Shown: positions 25,385 to 34,472 of the stretch, piece by piece
How positions within the stretch are numbered: position 1 is the stretch's first letter
Layout: the number at the start of each line of letters is the position of its first letter
Position numbers and translations under genes: made by a program
Assembly: GCA_009937385.1 (NCBI GenBank)
Contig: JAACFL010000001.1
Coordinates: 1 to 50,600 of the forward strand
From: Gammaproteobacteria bacterium
GTDB lineage: Bacteria > Pseudomonadota > Gammaproteobacteria > QNFN01
Direction: 5' to 3'
Length of the DNA: 50,600 bases
The notes under the pieces: model-generated
Seen by the model: the letters and a program-made list of their open reading frames with translations, nothing else
Databases searched by the model: none
Told to the model about the DNA's origin: nothing

Positions 25385-26266
25385 GATACCTCTTTGCACA
25401 TCGCCGCTGTCGAGCGCGACACGGGCATTCCGAAGGACACGCTGCGCGTGTGGGAACGCCGTTACGGTTTCCCGAGGCCGATGCGCAACGACCATGGCGA
25501 ACGCACCTATCCGCTCGACCAGGTGGCCACGCTGAGGCTGGTCAAGCAGCTGGTCGACTCGGGTTATCGCCCGAACCGTGTGGTGGGCCGGGACGAGGGT
25601 GAGCTGCGCGACCTGCTCGGTGCCGCCGAGACCACGCCCGGACCGGACCTCAGTGCCGAAGCGCAGGGCATCGTCGACGCGCTGCGCCGACAGGACCTGG
25701 CCCACGTCCAGGAGACCCTGCGCGGGCTGCTGATGCGCCGCGGCCTCGAGCGCTTCGTGATCGACACCCTCGCCCCACTCGCATCCGCCATCGGCGATGC
25801 CTGGGCCGGTGGCCGCCTGGCGATCCACGAGGAGCACCTGTTCAGCGAACAGGTCGATCGCCTGCTGAGCCAGGCGATCAGCCAGCTGCCGGTTCAGAAC
25901 GACCGCGCTCCGACGCTGCTCGGCACGCTGCCGGGCGAACTGCACCGGTTGGGCCTGCGCATGGTGGAGTCGCTCTTCGCCGTACGTGGCCTGCCGTGCA
26001 TCTCGGTCGGACCGGACGTGCCGGTAGACCAGCTGGTCGATGCCAGCCGCGGCCACCAAGCCGGCTGTGTGGCGCTGTCGATCAGCGCTTGCGGCGCCAC
26101 CCCGAGCGCGGCGCGTGCCGTGCTCGACCTGCGTAACCAGCTGTCGAACGAGACCATGCTCTGGCTGGGGGGACGCGGCGCCTCACGGCTGCGGCCGCGT
26201 CCACCGGCCGTGGTCGAGGTGTTCGAGACCCTGCCCGAGCTCGCAGGACGTCTCGACAGGACCTGA
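25373..26266 (+). CDS. MerR-family transcriptional regulator with a C-terminal cobalamin-binding domain (CarH/LitR-type light-responsive regulator)
   Basis: N-terminal MerR helix-turn-helix IAAVERDTGIPKDTLRVWERRYGFP. C-terminal half has W144-x9-E154-H155 (DAWAGGRLAIHEEH) and E-x-H-x-x-G (GELHRLG, H191). Start taken at MSTTDT; the 17 upstream codons are AT-rich promoter DNA. Confidence 0.85.
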   Translation: MSTTDTSLHIAAVERDTGIPKDTLRVWERRYGFPRPMRNDHGERTYPLDQVATLRLVKQLVDSGYRPNRVVGRDEGELRDLLGAAETTPGPDLSAEAQGIVDALRRQDLAHVQETLRGLLMRRGLERFVIDTLAPLASAIGDAWAGGRLAIHEEHLFSEQVDRLLSQAISQLPVQNDRAPTLLGTLPGELHRLGLRMVESLFAVRGLPCISVGPDVPVDQLVDASRGHQAGCVALSISACGATPSAARAVLDLRNQLSNETMLWLGGRGASRLRPRPPAVVEVFETLPELAGRLDRT

Positions 26267-26279
26267 GGAGACACCGATC

Positions 26280-26831
26280 ATGCGACTTCTTGCGCTGTTC
26301 CTGACCTTCGCCGCCTGGCTCATGCCCGGCATCCCGGCCCAGGCCGAGTCCGCGTGCCCCGACACGCTCGACTTCAACTTCCGCGCCCTCGGCGAGGAGC
26401 GTGAAGTGAATCTGTGCGAGGCCTACCGCGGCAAGGTGGTGCTGGTGGTCAACACCGCCAGTCGTTGCGGCTACACCTACCAGTACGACGGCCTAGAGAA
26501 GCTGTACGCCAACTACCGCGATCGCGGCCTGGTGGTGCTCGGCTTCCCGTCCAACGACTTCGGCGGCCAGGAGCCGGGCAGCGAGGCGCAGATCAAGGAC
26601 TTCTGCCGCAGCACCTACGGCGTCGAGTTCCCGATGTTCGAGAAGACGGGCGCCGCGGCCGGGCGCGCGCACCCCTTCTTCGACCGCCTCGCGGCCGATG
26701 GCGGCGGCCACCCGCGCTGGAACTTCCACAAGTACCTTCTGGATCGCGACGGCAGCGTCGTCGCCAGCTGGCGCAGCAGCGTCAAGCCGCTCGACGCCAG
26801 CCTGGTCGGGGAGATCGAGGCTCGACTGTGA
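26280..26831 (+). CDS. Glutathione peroxidase (Cys-type) with an N-terminal signal peptide
   Basis: MRLLALFLTFAAWLMPGIPAQA followed by VVNTASRCGYT (catalytic Cys encoded by TGC), FPSNDFGGQEPG and WNFHKYL. GAGGAG lies upstream of the ATG. Confidence 0.9.
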   Translation: MRLLALFLTFAAWLMPGIPAQAESACPDTLDFNFRALGEEREVNLCEAYRGKVVLVVNTASRCGYTYQYDGLEKLYANYRDRGLVVLGFPSNDFGGQEPGSEAQIKDFCRSTYGVEFPMFEKTGAAAGRAHPFFDRLAADGGGHPRWNFHKYLLDRDGSVVASWRSSVKPLDASLVGEIEARL

Positions 26832-26861
26832 CCGCCGCTTGCAACCCGACCGGAGAGAGCC

Positions 26862-27404
26862 ATGCCCCGCATCCTGACCGCCCTGCTGCTCGTCACCCTG
26901 TTGTCCGGCTGCTCCCAGATGCGCATTGAGGAGTACCGCGGTACCGGACCGGCACTGGTCCTCGAGGAGTACTTCGCCGGCCCGGTTCGTGCCTGGGGCC
27001 TGGTGCAGGACCGCTCGGGCAAGGTGCGCCGGCGCTTCACCGCCGACATGCACGGCGCCTGGGAGGGCGACATCTTCGTGCTGAACGAGGATTTCGAATT
27101 CGACGACGGCGAGCAGATGACCCGCACCTGGCGCATCCGCCGCATCGACGAACACCACTATGAAGGCACCGCCGACGACATCGTCGGCACCGCGCGCGGG
27201 CGTGCCGAGGGCATCGCCCTGCAGTGGAACTACACCCTGACGCTCGAGGTCGACGGCCGCGAAGTGGACATCGATTTCGACGACTGGCTGTTCGCCCAAG
27301 AGGATGGCGTGGTGATCAACCGCGCGACCATGCGGAAGTTCGGTTTCCGGGTTGGTGAGCTCACGGTCTTCTTCCGCAAGTTGCCGGCCGAGGCCGCGTC
27401 GTGA
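26862..27404 (+). CDS. DUF3833-family lipoprotein (lipocalin-like)
   Basis: Lipobox LLSGC, then LEEYFAGPVRAWGLVQDRSGKVRRRF...DDGE...RTWRI...YEGTADDIVGTARG, a typical DUF3833 pattern. Confidence 0.85.
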   Translation: MPRILTALLLVTLLSGCSQMRIEEYRGTGPALVLEEYFAGPVRAWGLVQDRSGKVRRRFTADMHGAWEGDIFVLNEDFEFDDGEQMTRTWRIRRIDEHHYEGTADDIVGTARGRAEGIALQWNYTLTLEVDGREVDIDFDDWLFAQEDGVVINRATMRKFGFRVGELTVFFRKLPAEAAS

Positions 27405-27961
27405 GCGCGCGGCTGCTCGGCCTGGCCATGCTGTTGCTGGCGTCTCCGGTGCTGGCCGACAACGCGCCGCTGCCGGAGCGCTGGCACCACGCCGGCCTCG
27501 AGCTCGAGCGCAAGGCGAGCGCCCCGGTCCACTTCGCACGAATCTTCCACGTCTACGACGCGGCGCTCTACGGACCGGTCGAGCTGCCGGCACGCGCGCT
27601 GGCCGAGACGCCGGTGACCGCCTGCCTGGTCATCGAGTACCGCATGGACGTCTCCGCCGAGCGCCTGCGCGAGGCGGCCGACACGGTGCTGCGCCGTCAG
27701 CAGGTCGACCTCGCGCCGCTCGCCGCGCGCGTCGCGCGCCTGCACGCCGCCTACCGCGACGTTGTGGAGGGCGACCGCTTCACGCTGTGCCACGCACCCC
27801 AGACCGGCACCACGCTGCTGCTCAACGGGGAGGCGCTGGTGTCCATCGAGGGCGACGATTTCGCACAGGCCTATTTCGGCATCTGGCTCGGTGAGGAGCC
27901 GATCGCCCCGCGCCTGCGCGAAGCGGTGCTCGACGGCGAGGACCGCCTGTCGCGGGCATGA
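27401..27961 (+). CDS. Chalcone-isomerase-like family protein, exported
   Basis: The GTG start overlaps the upstream stop as GTGA. Signal peptide MSARLLGLAMLLLASPVLA. The motifs IFHVYDAALYG and FAQAYFGIWLGE are typical of bacterial CHI-like proteins. Confidence 0.8.
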   Translation: MSARLLGLAMLLLASPVLADNAPLPERWHHAGLELERKASAPVHFARIFHVYDAALYGPVELPARALAETPVTACLVIEYRMDVSAERLREAADTVLRRQQVDLAPLAARVARLHAAYRDVVEGDRFTLCHAPQTGTTLLLNGEALVSIEGDDFAQAYFGIWLGEEPIAPRLREAVLDGEDRLSRA

Positions 27962-28013
27962 CCGGCTGACCGGGATCATTGGCGGGCCGCGACGCGCCGG
28001 CTAAGGTGCGCGC

Positions 28014-28526
28014 GTGGACGACCTGCTTCACTACTTCGCCTACGGCTCCAACCTGCATCCCGAGCGCATGCGCCGGCGGGTTCCGAGTGCCCAGCCGCTC
28101 GGCTGCGCGGTGCTGACCGGGCACGTGCTGCGCTTCCACAAGCAGTCGCGCAAGGACGGCTCCGGAAAGTGCGACGCCCACTACACCGGGCGCCCCCAGG
28201 ACCGTGTCTACGGCGCCGTCTACAGCCTGGCGGCCGCCGAGAAGGCGGCGCTCGATGCCATCGAGGGGCCAGGCTACGAGGTCGCCGAGCGGGTGGTGAT
28301 CCATGCCGGGACGCAGCGAGCGGTGTTCCTGTACCGCGCGCGCCCGGATGCCGTGCGCAGGGGCCTGCGCCCCTACGACTGGTACCACGCGCTGGTGGTC
28401 TCTGGCGCACGCCATCACGGCCTGCCCGAAGCCTACGTCGAGCGGCTGGCGGCGGTCGCCGCGAATCCCGATCCCGATGCCGGGCGTGCCGCGAAGGAGC
28501 ACGCGCTGCTGACCGCTGGCGCCTGA
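28014..28526 (+). CDS. Gamma-glutamylcyclotransferase-like (AIG2/GGACT family) protein
   Basis: The N-terminus LLHYFAYGSNLHPERMRRR is the YGSNL motif of the GGCT fold. GTG start. Confidence 0.75.
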   Translation: MDDLLHYFAYGSNLHPERMRRRVPSAQPLGCAVLTGHVLRFHKQSRKDGSGKCDAHYTGRPQDRVYGAVYSLAAAEKAALDAIEGPGYEVAERVVIHAGTQRAVFLYRARPDAVRRGLRPYDWYHALVVSGARHHGLPEAYVERLAAVAANPDPDAGRAAKEHALLTAGA

Positions 28527-28559
28527 GCGGTCAGGCGCTTCACGGCCAGCGGGTGAAGC

Positions 28560-29297
28560 CTAGTTGCGCCCTGCGGTGCGCGGGTCGCGGCCGTCGAGGC
28601 GCGCGGCGAGTTCCGGTGCCGGTGCATAGCCGCTGATGATCTCGCCCTTGTCGGTCACCGAGTAGGGCGTGCCGGTCAGGCCGAGTTCCACGCCGAGCTG
28701 CATGTGTTCCAGGACCGGGTTGGCGCAATCGCCGCGCTCGACCGGCTGCCCCGCCTTGGCGCGGGTCATTGCGTCGTTGCGATCGCTCGCACACCAGACG
28801 TCGACCGCCTTGCGGTACGACTCCGAATCGGGCCCGGCGCGCGGGTAGAGCAGGTAGCGCACGCGGATGCCCATGGCGTTGAGCTGGTCCATCTCGGCGT
28901 GCAGCCGCCGGCAGTACGGGCAGTCGATGTCGGTGAAGGTGGTCAGGGTGTGCTTGACCTCTCCCTCCGGCTCGAAGATCACCATCTTCTCCTCCGGGAG
29001 TGCGGCGAGCAGCTCGAGGCGTGCGGCACTGACCACCGGTTCGGTCAGGTCGGTGCCCTGCTCGAGGTCGAGCAGCCGGCCCTGCAGCGCGAGCCTGGCG
29101 TCGGGGGTGATGTAGACCACCTGGGTGCCGACCACGAGTTCGTAGAGACCGGGCACGGGCGAGGGCGCGATGCGATCCGGCGTGACGTTGGGCAGGCGCT
29201 CGGCGAGCGCGGCGCGCAGACGATCCATCTCGGTCTCGGCCGCGAACAGGCCGGAGGCAAGGGTGCTGCCGAGCAGCAGGACGAGCAGGCGTTTCAT
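28560..29297 (-). CDS. dsbC: Thiol:disulfide interchange protein DsbC
   Basis: Signal peptide, an N-terminal dimerisation domain, and the thioredoxin-fold active site DIDCPYCRRLH. Confidence 0.9.
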   Translation of the reverse strand: MKRLLVLLLGSTLASGLFAAETEMDRLRAALAERLPNVTPDRIAPSPVPGLYELVVGTQVVYITPDARLALQGRLLDLEQGTDLTEPVVSAARLELLAALPEEKMVIFEPEGEVKHTLTTFTDIDCPYCRRLHAEMDQLNAMGIRVRYLLYPRAGPDSESYRKAVDVWCASDRNDAMTRAKAGQPVERGDCANPVLEHMQLGVELGLTGTPYSVTDKGEIISGYAPAPELAARLDGRDPRTAGRN

Positions 29298-29390
29298 CGG
29301 GGGGCATTCCTCGGGGCGGGTGGTAACCGCGTGTGGGGATTCAGAGTCGCGGGTCGGCTAAAGGTTCAGCGGTCCAGCATGGCACCGGCG

Positions 29391-31538
29391 TCAGAGCGGC
29401 TGCAACTTGGCGTAGGCGAGCATCAGCCACTTGGTGCCGACATCGCGGAAGTTGACCTGCACGCGGGCGCTGGCGCCGTCCCCCTCCAGGCCGAGCACCA
29501 CGCCGTCACCGAACTTGGCGTGCAGCACCGCCTGGCCGAGGCGAAACGGGGCATCGTCGCGCGTCGCCCGGGCGCTGACCGGGCGGGTCACGGCACCGCG
29601 CAGGCGCACCTCCTGCAGCAACTCCGTGGGGATCTCGGACAGGAAGCGCGAGGGTGGCGCGACGCTCTCGCTGCCGTGCAGACGACGCCGCTCGGCGTAG
29701 GTCAGGAACAGGTGCCGCATCGCCCGGGTCATGCCGACGTAAGCCAGGCGCCGCTCCTCCTCCAGGCGCGGCGCATCGTGCAGTGACAGGTTGTGCGGAA
29801 ACAGCCCCTCCTCCATGCCGGCCAGGAACACCAGCGGGAACTCGAGCCCCTTGGCGCTGTGCAGCGTCATCAGCTGCACGCAGTCGTCCCAGTCGGCGGC
29901 CTGGCCCTCACCCGCCTCCAGCGCGGTGTAGGCGAGAAACGCGGTCGGCAGGTCGAGCGCCTCGTCGCCCACGTCGGGCACGAACTGGCGTGCCGCGTTG
30001 ACCAGCTCCTCGAGGTTCTCGACCCGCGCCTGGCCGCGCTCGCCCTTCTCGCGGCCGTGGTAGGCGAGCAGGCCGCTGTCGCGAATCACGACGTCGACCT
30101 GCTCGGGGAGCGCCTGGCCGTTGACCGATTCGGTCAGCGCGTCGATGACCCCGGCGAAGGCCGTCAGCGCGTTGCTGGCACGCCCGGGCAGTGCGCCGCT
30201 GGTACGCAGCCGTTCCATCGCCTGCCACAGTGAGCTGCCGTCGTCGCGTGCGCGCTGGCGCAGCAGCTCGAGGGTGCGTGCGCCGATGCCGCGCGGTGGC
30301 GTGTTGACCGTGCGCTCGAAGGCCGGATCGTCGTCGCGGTTGGCCAGCAGCCGCAGGTAGGCGAGCGCGTCCTTGACCTCGGCGCGCTCGAAGAAGCGCA
30401 GGCCACCGTAGACGCGATAGGGAATGCCGGCGGCGAGCAACGCCTCCTCGAACACGCGCGACTGGGCGTTGGAGCGGTAGAGGATCGCCGCGCCGGCCAG
30501 CGCCTCGTCGCGTTCGCGCCAGGTGCGCAACTGCTCGACCACGAAACGCGCCTCGTCGAGGTCGTTGAATGCCGCGTAGAGGCGAATCGGGTCGCCGTCC
30601 TCGCCACCGGTCCACAGCTCCTTGCCGAGCCGCGCCTGGTTGTGGCTGATCAGCGCGTTGGCCGCCTTGAGGATGGTCGCGGTCGAACGGTAGTTCTGCT
30701 CCAGGCGCAGCAGCATCGTGCCCTGGAAGTCGTCGCGCAGCTGCTGCAGGTTCTCGACCCGAGCGCCCCGCCAGCCGTAGATCGACTGGTCGTCGTCGCC
30801 CACCGCGAACAGGCAACCCGCCTCGCCGGCGAGCAGGCGCAGCCAGGCGTACTGGATGCGGTTGGTGTCCTGGAACTCGTCGACCAGCAGGTGGCCGAAG
30901 CGCTTGCGGTAGTGCTCGAGCAGTGCCGGCTGCTGCAGCCACAGCTCGTGCGCGCGCAGCAGCAGCTCGGCGAAGTCGACCACGCCGGCCTGCTCACAGG
31001 CGGCCTGGTAGGCGGTGTAGATGCGCACCATCTGGCGCTCGAACGGGTCGCCGCGGTCGTCGAGGTGCGGGGGCCGCAGCCCCTCGTCCTTGCGTGCGTT
31101 GATCCAGTGCTGTGCCTGTTTCGGCGGCCAGCGCGCCTCGTCGAGATCGAGGCCGCGCAGCACCCGGCGCAGCAGCCGGTACTGGTCGTCGGCGTCGAGG
31201 ATCTGGAAGGTCTCGGGGAGTTTCGCCTCGCGCCAGTGCAACCGCAGCAGGCGGTGGGCAAGGCCGTGGAAGGTGCCGATCCACAAGCCGCGGGTCGGCA
31301 TGCCGAGCAACGCTTCGGCGCGGCCACGCATCTCGGCGGCGGCCTTGTTGGTGAACGTCACGGCGAGCAGCGAATGGGGCGAGACGCCCTCGACCTGCAG
31401 CAGCCAGGCGATGCGATGGACCAGCACCCGGGTCTTGCCGCTGCCGGCGCCGGCCAGCACCAGCAGCGGCCCGGGCGGAGCGCTGACCGCCTCGCGCTGG
31501 GCCTCGTTGAGGTCGTCGAGGAGGTGCGAGACGTCCAT
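29391..31538 (-). CDS. uvrD: DNA helicase II (UvrD)
   Basis: Start at MDVSHLLDDLNEAQREAV. Contains AGAGSGKTRVL (motif I), TFTNKAAAEM, VDEFQDTN, and the UvrD-type C-terminus HAKFGDGVV. Confidence 0.92.
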   Translation of the reverse strand: MDVSHLLDDLNEAQREAVSAPPGPLLVLAGAGSGKTRVLVHRIAWLLQVEGVSPHSLLAVTFTNKAAAEMRGRAEALLGMPTRGLWIGTFHGLAHRLLRLHWREAKLPETFQILDADDQYRLLRRVLRGLDLDEARWPPKQAQHWINARKDEGLRPPHLDDRGDPFERQMVRIYTAYQAACEQAGVVDFAELLLRAHELWLQQPALLEHYRKRFGHLLVDEFQDTNRIQYAWLRLLAGEAGCLFAVGDDDQSIYGWRGARVENLQQLRDDFQGTMLLRLEQNYRSTATILKAANALISHNQARLGKELWTGGEDGDPIRLYAAFNDLDEARFVVEQLRTWRERDEALAGAAILYRSNAQSRVFEEALLAAGIPYRVYGGLRFFERAEVKDALAYLRLLANRDDDPAFERTVNTPPRGIGARTLELLRQRARDDGSSLWQAMERLRTSGALPGRASNALTAFAGVIDALTESVNGQALPEQVDVVIRDSGLLAYHGREKGERGQARVENLEELVNAARQFVPDVGDEALDLPTAFLAYTALEAGEGQAADWDDCVQLMTLHSAKGLEFPLVFLAGMEEGLFPHNLSLHDAPRLEEERRLAYVGMTRAMRHLFLTYAERRRLHGSESVAPPSRFLSEIPTELLQEVRLRGAVTRPVSARATRDDAPFRLGQAVLHAKFGDGVVLGLEGDGASARVQVNFRDVGTKWLMLAYAKLQPL

Positions 31539-31642
31539 CGCGCGAAGTCTAACAGAGCCCCCGTGAAGGTTTGACCGGCTGCGTGCCGCGCTCGACAATC
31601 GGCAGCCATCCGGGCCGCTGCGGCCCGCCGGGGGCAGCCGCC

Positions 31643-32512
31643 ATGGAGCCTTGGGACGCCATCGTCGAGACCCTGCGCGACACCGTCGGCGACCGGTTCC
31701 AGGTGCGCGATCGCCATCCGGTCGGCGGCGGCTGCATCAACGCCGCGTGGACGCTCGAGACCAGCGCCGGCGCCTTCTTCGTCAAGCTCAACGACGCCGA
31801 GGGCGAGGCGATGTTCGCCGCCGAGGCGGCCGGGCTCGCCGCGCTGGCCGCGACCGTCACGGTGCGCGTGCCACGGCCACTCGCCCACGGCCGTGCAGGC
31901 AGCCGGGCGTTCCTGGTGCTCGAGCAACTGCAACTGGGCGGCGGCGATCGTGCCAGCGCGGCACGCCTCGGCCGGGAGCTCGCCGCGCTGCACGCATCCC
32001 ACGCCGACGCCTTCGGCTGGACGCGCGACAACACCATCGGCAGCACGCCGCAGCCGAACGGCTGGATGGACGACTGGGTGGCGTTCTGGCGCGAACGACG
32101 GCTCGGCTTCCAGCTCGGGCTTGCCGCGCGACGCGGCCACCGCTTCACGGGTGGGGAGCGGCTGCTCGAGCGGCTCGACGCCCTGCTCGCCGGCCACACC
32201 CCAGCGCCGTCGCTGCTGCACGGCGACCTCTGGGGCGGCAACTGGGCCGCGTTGCCCGACGGCACGCCGGTGCTGTTCGACCCGGCGGTCTACCACGGCG
32301 ACCGCGAGGCCGACCTGGCGATGACCGAGCTGTTCGGTGGTTTCGACCCGGCCTTCCATGCCGCCTACCGCGAGGCCGCGCCGCTCGACGCCGGCTACCC
32401 GGTGCGCCGCGACCTCTACAACCTCTACCACGTGCTCAACCACGTGAACCTGTTCGGTGGGGGCTACGCCGGTCAGGCGCAGCGGCTGATCGACCGCCTG
32501 CTGGCGGCCTGA
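31643..32512 (+). CDS. Fructosamine/ketosamine kinase-family protein
   Basis: GGGCINAAW, FVKLN, LLHGDLWGGN and DPAVYHGDREADLAMTELFGGF are fructosamine-3-kinase family motifs. Start at the internal ATG MEPWDAI. Confidence 0.85.
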   Translation: MEPWDAIVETLRDTVGDRFQVRDRHPVGGGCINAAWTLETSAGAFFVKLNDAEGEAMFAAEAAGLAALAATVTVRVPRPLAHGRAGSRAFLVLEQLQLGGGDRASAARLGRELAALHASHADAFGWTRDNTIGSTPQPNGWMDDWVAFWRERRLGFQLGLAARRGHRFTGGERLLERLDALLAGHTPAPSLLHGDLWGGNWAALPDGTPVLFDPAVYHGDREADLAMTELFGGFDPAFHAAYREAAPLDAGYPVRRDLYNLYHVLNHVNLFGGGYAGQAQRLIDRLLAA

Positions 32513-32516
32513 ACGG

Positions 32517-33482
32517 TCAGCTCTTCGGCGGGTCGTCGTCTCCGGTTGCGTCGTCCGGAGGCTCGCCTTCGTCACCGAGTTCGTCGAGCTCGGCCTCGAG
32601 CTGGGCCTGCTCCGACTCGAGACGGTCGAGCTCGGCCTCCATCTCGGCGTCGCTCATCGGCGCGTCGGGCGTCTCGTCGCCGGTTGCCTGCGCTTCGCCG
32701 TAGTCGGCCTCTTCTGACTCCGGCTCGCCCGCGTCATCGGCCGGCTTGGCGTAGATCCGCGAAAAGATCACGCCAAGCTCGAAGAGGACCCACATCGGCA
32801 ACGCCAGCAGCGTCTGCGAGATGATATCCGGCGGGGTCAGCAGCATGCCGACGACGAACGCACCGACGATGATGTACGGACGCTTCGCACGCAGGCTGTC
32901 CGGCGTGGTGGCCCCGGTCCAGACCAGCAGGATGGTCGCGATCGGCACCTCGAAGGCGAGGCCGAACGCGAAGAAGATGGTCAGCACGAAGTCGAGGTAG
33001 CGGTTGATGTCGGTCATCATCTCGACCCCGACCGGGGCCGTGCTGGTCAGGAACGCGAAGACCAGCGGGAAGACGACGTAGTAGGCGAACGCGATGCCGA
33101 GATAGAAGAGCACCGAGCTGGTGATCATCAGCGGGAAGACCAGCCGCTTCTCGTGGCGGTAGAGCGCCGGCGCAATAAACGCCCACGCCTGGTAGAGCAG
33201 GTACGGCATGGACAGGAAGATCGCCGCGACCAGCGCCAGCTTGAACGGTGTCAGGAACGGCGTCGCCACGTCGATGGCGATCATGTTGCTGCCTTCGGGC
33301 AGGTGGGCCATCAGCGGCCCGGCGACGTACTCGTAGAGCTTGTTGGCGAACGGGAACATGCCGAGAAACAGCACCAGCACCGCGAGCACCGCGCGCAGCA
33401 GCCGGTCGCGCAGCTCGACCAGGTGGGCAAGGAACGGTAGCTCCTGCCCGACCTCCCCCTCCTCGTGCTCAGCTTCGCTCAT
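32517..33482 (-). CDS. tatC: Twin-arginine translocase subunit TatC with a long acidic C-terminal extension
   Basis: [15 protein letters not shown] and six TM segments form the TatC core, ending near residue 245. An extra 75-aa D/E-rich tail follows. Confidence 0.92.
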   Translation of the reverse strand: MSEAEHEEGEVGQELPFLAHLVELRDRLLRAVLAVLVLFLGMFPFANKLYEYVAGPLMAHLPEGSNMIAIDVATPFLTPFKLALVAAIFLSMPYLLYQAWAFIAPALYRHEKRLVFPLMITSSVLFYLGIAFAYYVVFPLVFAFLTSTAPVGVEMMTDINRYLDFVLTIFFAFGLAFEVPIATILLVWTGATTPDSLRAKRPYIIVGAFVVGMLLTPPDIISQTLLALPMWVLFELGVIFSRIYAKPADDAGEPESEEADYGEAQATGDETPDAPMSDAEMEAELDRLESEQAQLEAELDELGDEGEPPDDATGDDDPPKS

Positions 33483-33813
33483 CGTCGCTCGCTGGCGGAG
33501 TGGCGTCCGGTTTCTTCTCGACCGCCTGCGGCGTGGTCGCCGTGTCTGGTGGCGACGGGCTGTCGATGTCGCGGGTCAGCTCGTCACGGAACTGTTTCAG
33601 CTCGGGCGCCTCGGCCTGCTTGGTCAGCATGGTCTTGAGTTCCTCGGCACGCAGCTCGCGGTCGATGTCGGACTTGACGCTGTTGAATGCCGAGCGTGCC
33701 CGGCCGAGCCAAAGGCCGACGGTGCGCGCCACGCGCGGCAGCCGCTCCGGTCCGATGACCAGCAGCGCGACGATCATGATGACCGCCAGTTCCCAGAAGC
33801 CGACGTCGAACAC
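33469..33813 (-). CDS. tatB: Twin-arginine translocase subunit TatB
   Basis: [26 protein letters not shown] is the canonical TatB N-terminus. It overlaps tatC by 14 nt. Confidence 0.88.
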   Translation of the reverse strand: MFDVGFWELAVIMIVALLVIGPERLPRVARTVGLWLGRARSAFNSVKSDIDRELRAEELKTMLTKQAEAPELKQFRDELTRDIDSPSPPDTATTPQAVEKKPDATPPASDDERS

Positions 33814-33863
33814 GTAAGGGGGTTCCGCTCAGGCGCGGTAAGTGCGCGGGTGGGCGCGGCGGA

Positions 33864-34106
33864 TCAGACCTGATCCTTTTCCTTCGAGGTCACCTCGCCG
33901 TCGATGGTCTGGCCCTCGCCACCCTCGTCGATCGCCTTGGTTTCGGCCTGGGCGTCTTCCTTGGCCCCCTCGCCGTCCTTGACCGCGCTACGGAAGCTCT
34001 TGATCGCTCCGCCGAGGTCGCCGCCGATGTTGCGTAGCTTCTTGGTGCCGAACAGCAGCACCACGATCGCCAGAATGATCAGCAGCTGCCAGATACTGAT
34101 GCCCAT
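33864..34106 (-). CDS. tatA: Twin-arginine translocase subunit TatA
   Basis: [32 protein letters not shown] is the canonical TatA/E sequence. Confidence 0.9.
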   Translation of the reverse strand: MGISIWQLLIILAIVVLLFGTKKLRNIGGDLGGAIKSFRSAVKDGEGAKEDAQAETKAIDEGGEGQTIDGEVTSKEKDQV

Positions 34107-34136
34107 GCCCGTCTCCTCCGCAAAGTCTCTAGGTTC

Positions 34137-34472
34137 TTAGTCCCGTGCCGCATCGTCACCCCGGGCCGCCTTCTCGGCGAGACCGGAGAGGCCGAAACGG
34201 CGCTCCAGTTCGTCCAGCACCGCCTGTGGGCCGAGCCCCTGCTGCGCGAGCATGACCAGGCTATGAAACCACAGATCCGCGGTTTCCTGCACGATTCGCG
34301 TGGCGTCGCCCTGCTTGGCCGCGAGGATCGTCTCGACCGCCTCCTCGCCAACCTTCTGCAGGATGGCGTCGAGGCCAGCCGCGTAGAGCCCGGCGACGTA
34401 GGAGCTTTCCGGGTCTGCGGCCTTGCGCGCCTCCAGCACCGTGGCCAGCTCGCTGAGCACCGTGTCGCTCAT
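34137..34472 (-). CDS. hisE: Phosphoribosyl-ATP pyrophosphatase
   Basis: Start at [32 protein letters not shown] and ETADLWFH are HisE motifs. Confidence 0.9.
   Translation of the reverse strand: MSDTVLSELATVLEARKAADPESSYVAGLYAAGLDAILQKVGEEAVETILAAKQGDATRIVQETADLWFHSLVMLAQQGLGPQAVLDELERRFGLSGLAEKAARGDDAARD

Noticed and set aside
26280-26831. Possible selenocysteine-type glutathione peroxidase
   Set aside because: The catalytic residue in NTASRCGYT is encoded by TGC (Cys) and there is no in-frame TGA.
33469-33482. The 14-nt tatB/tatC overlap as a sign of frameshift or pseudogene
   Set aside because: Both reading frames are complete, with canonical N-termini. Short overlaps are common throughout this window.
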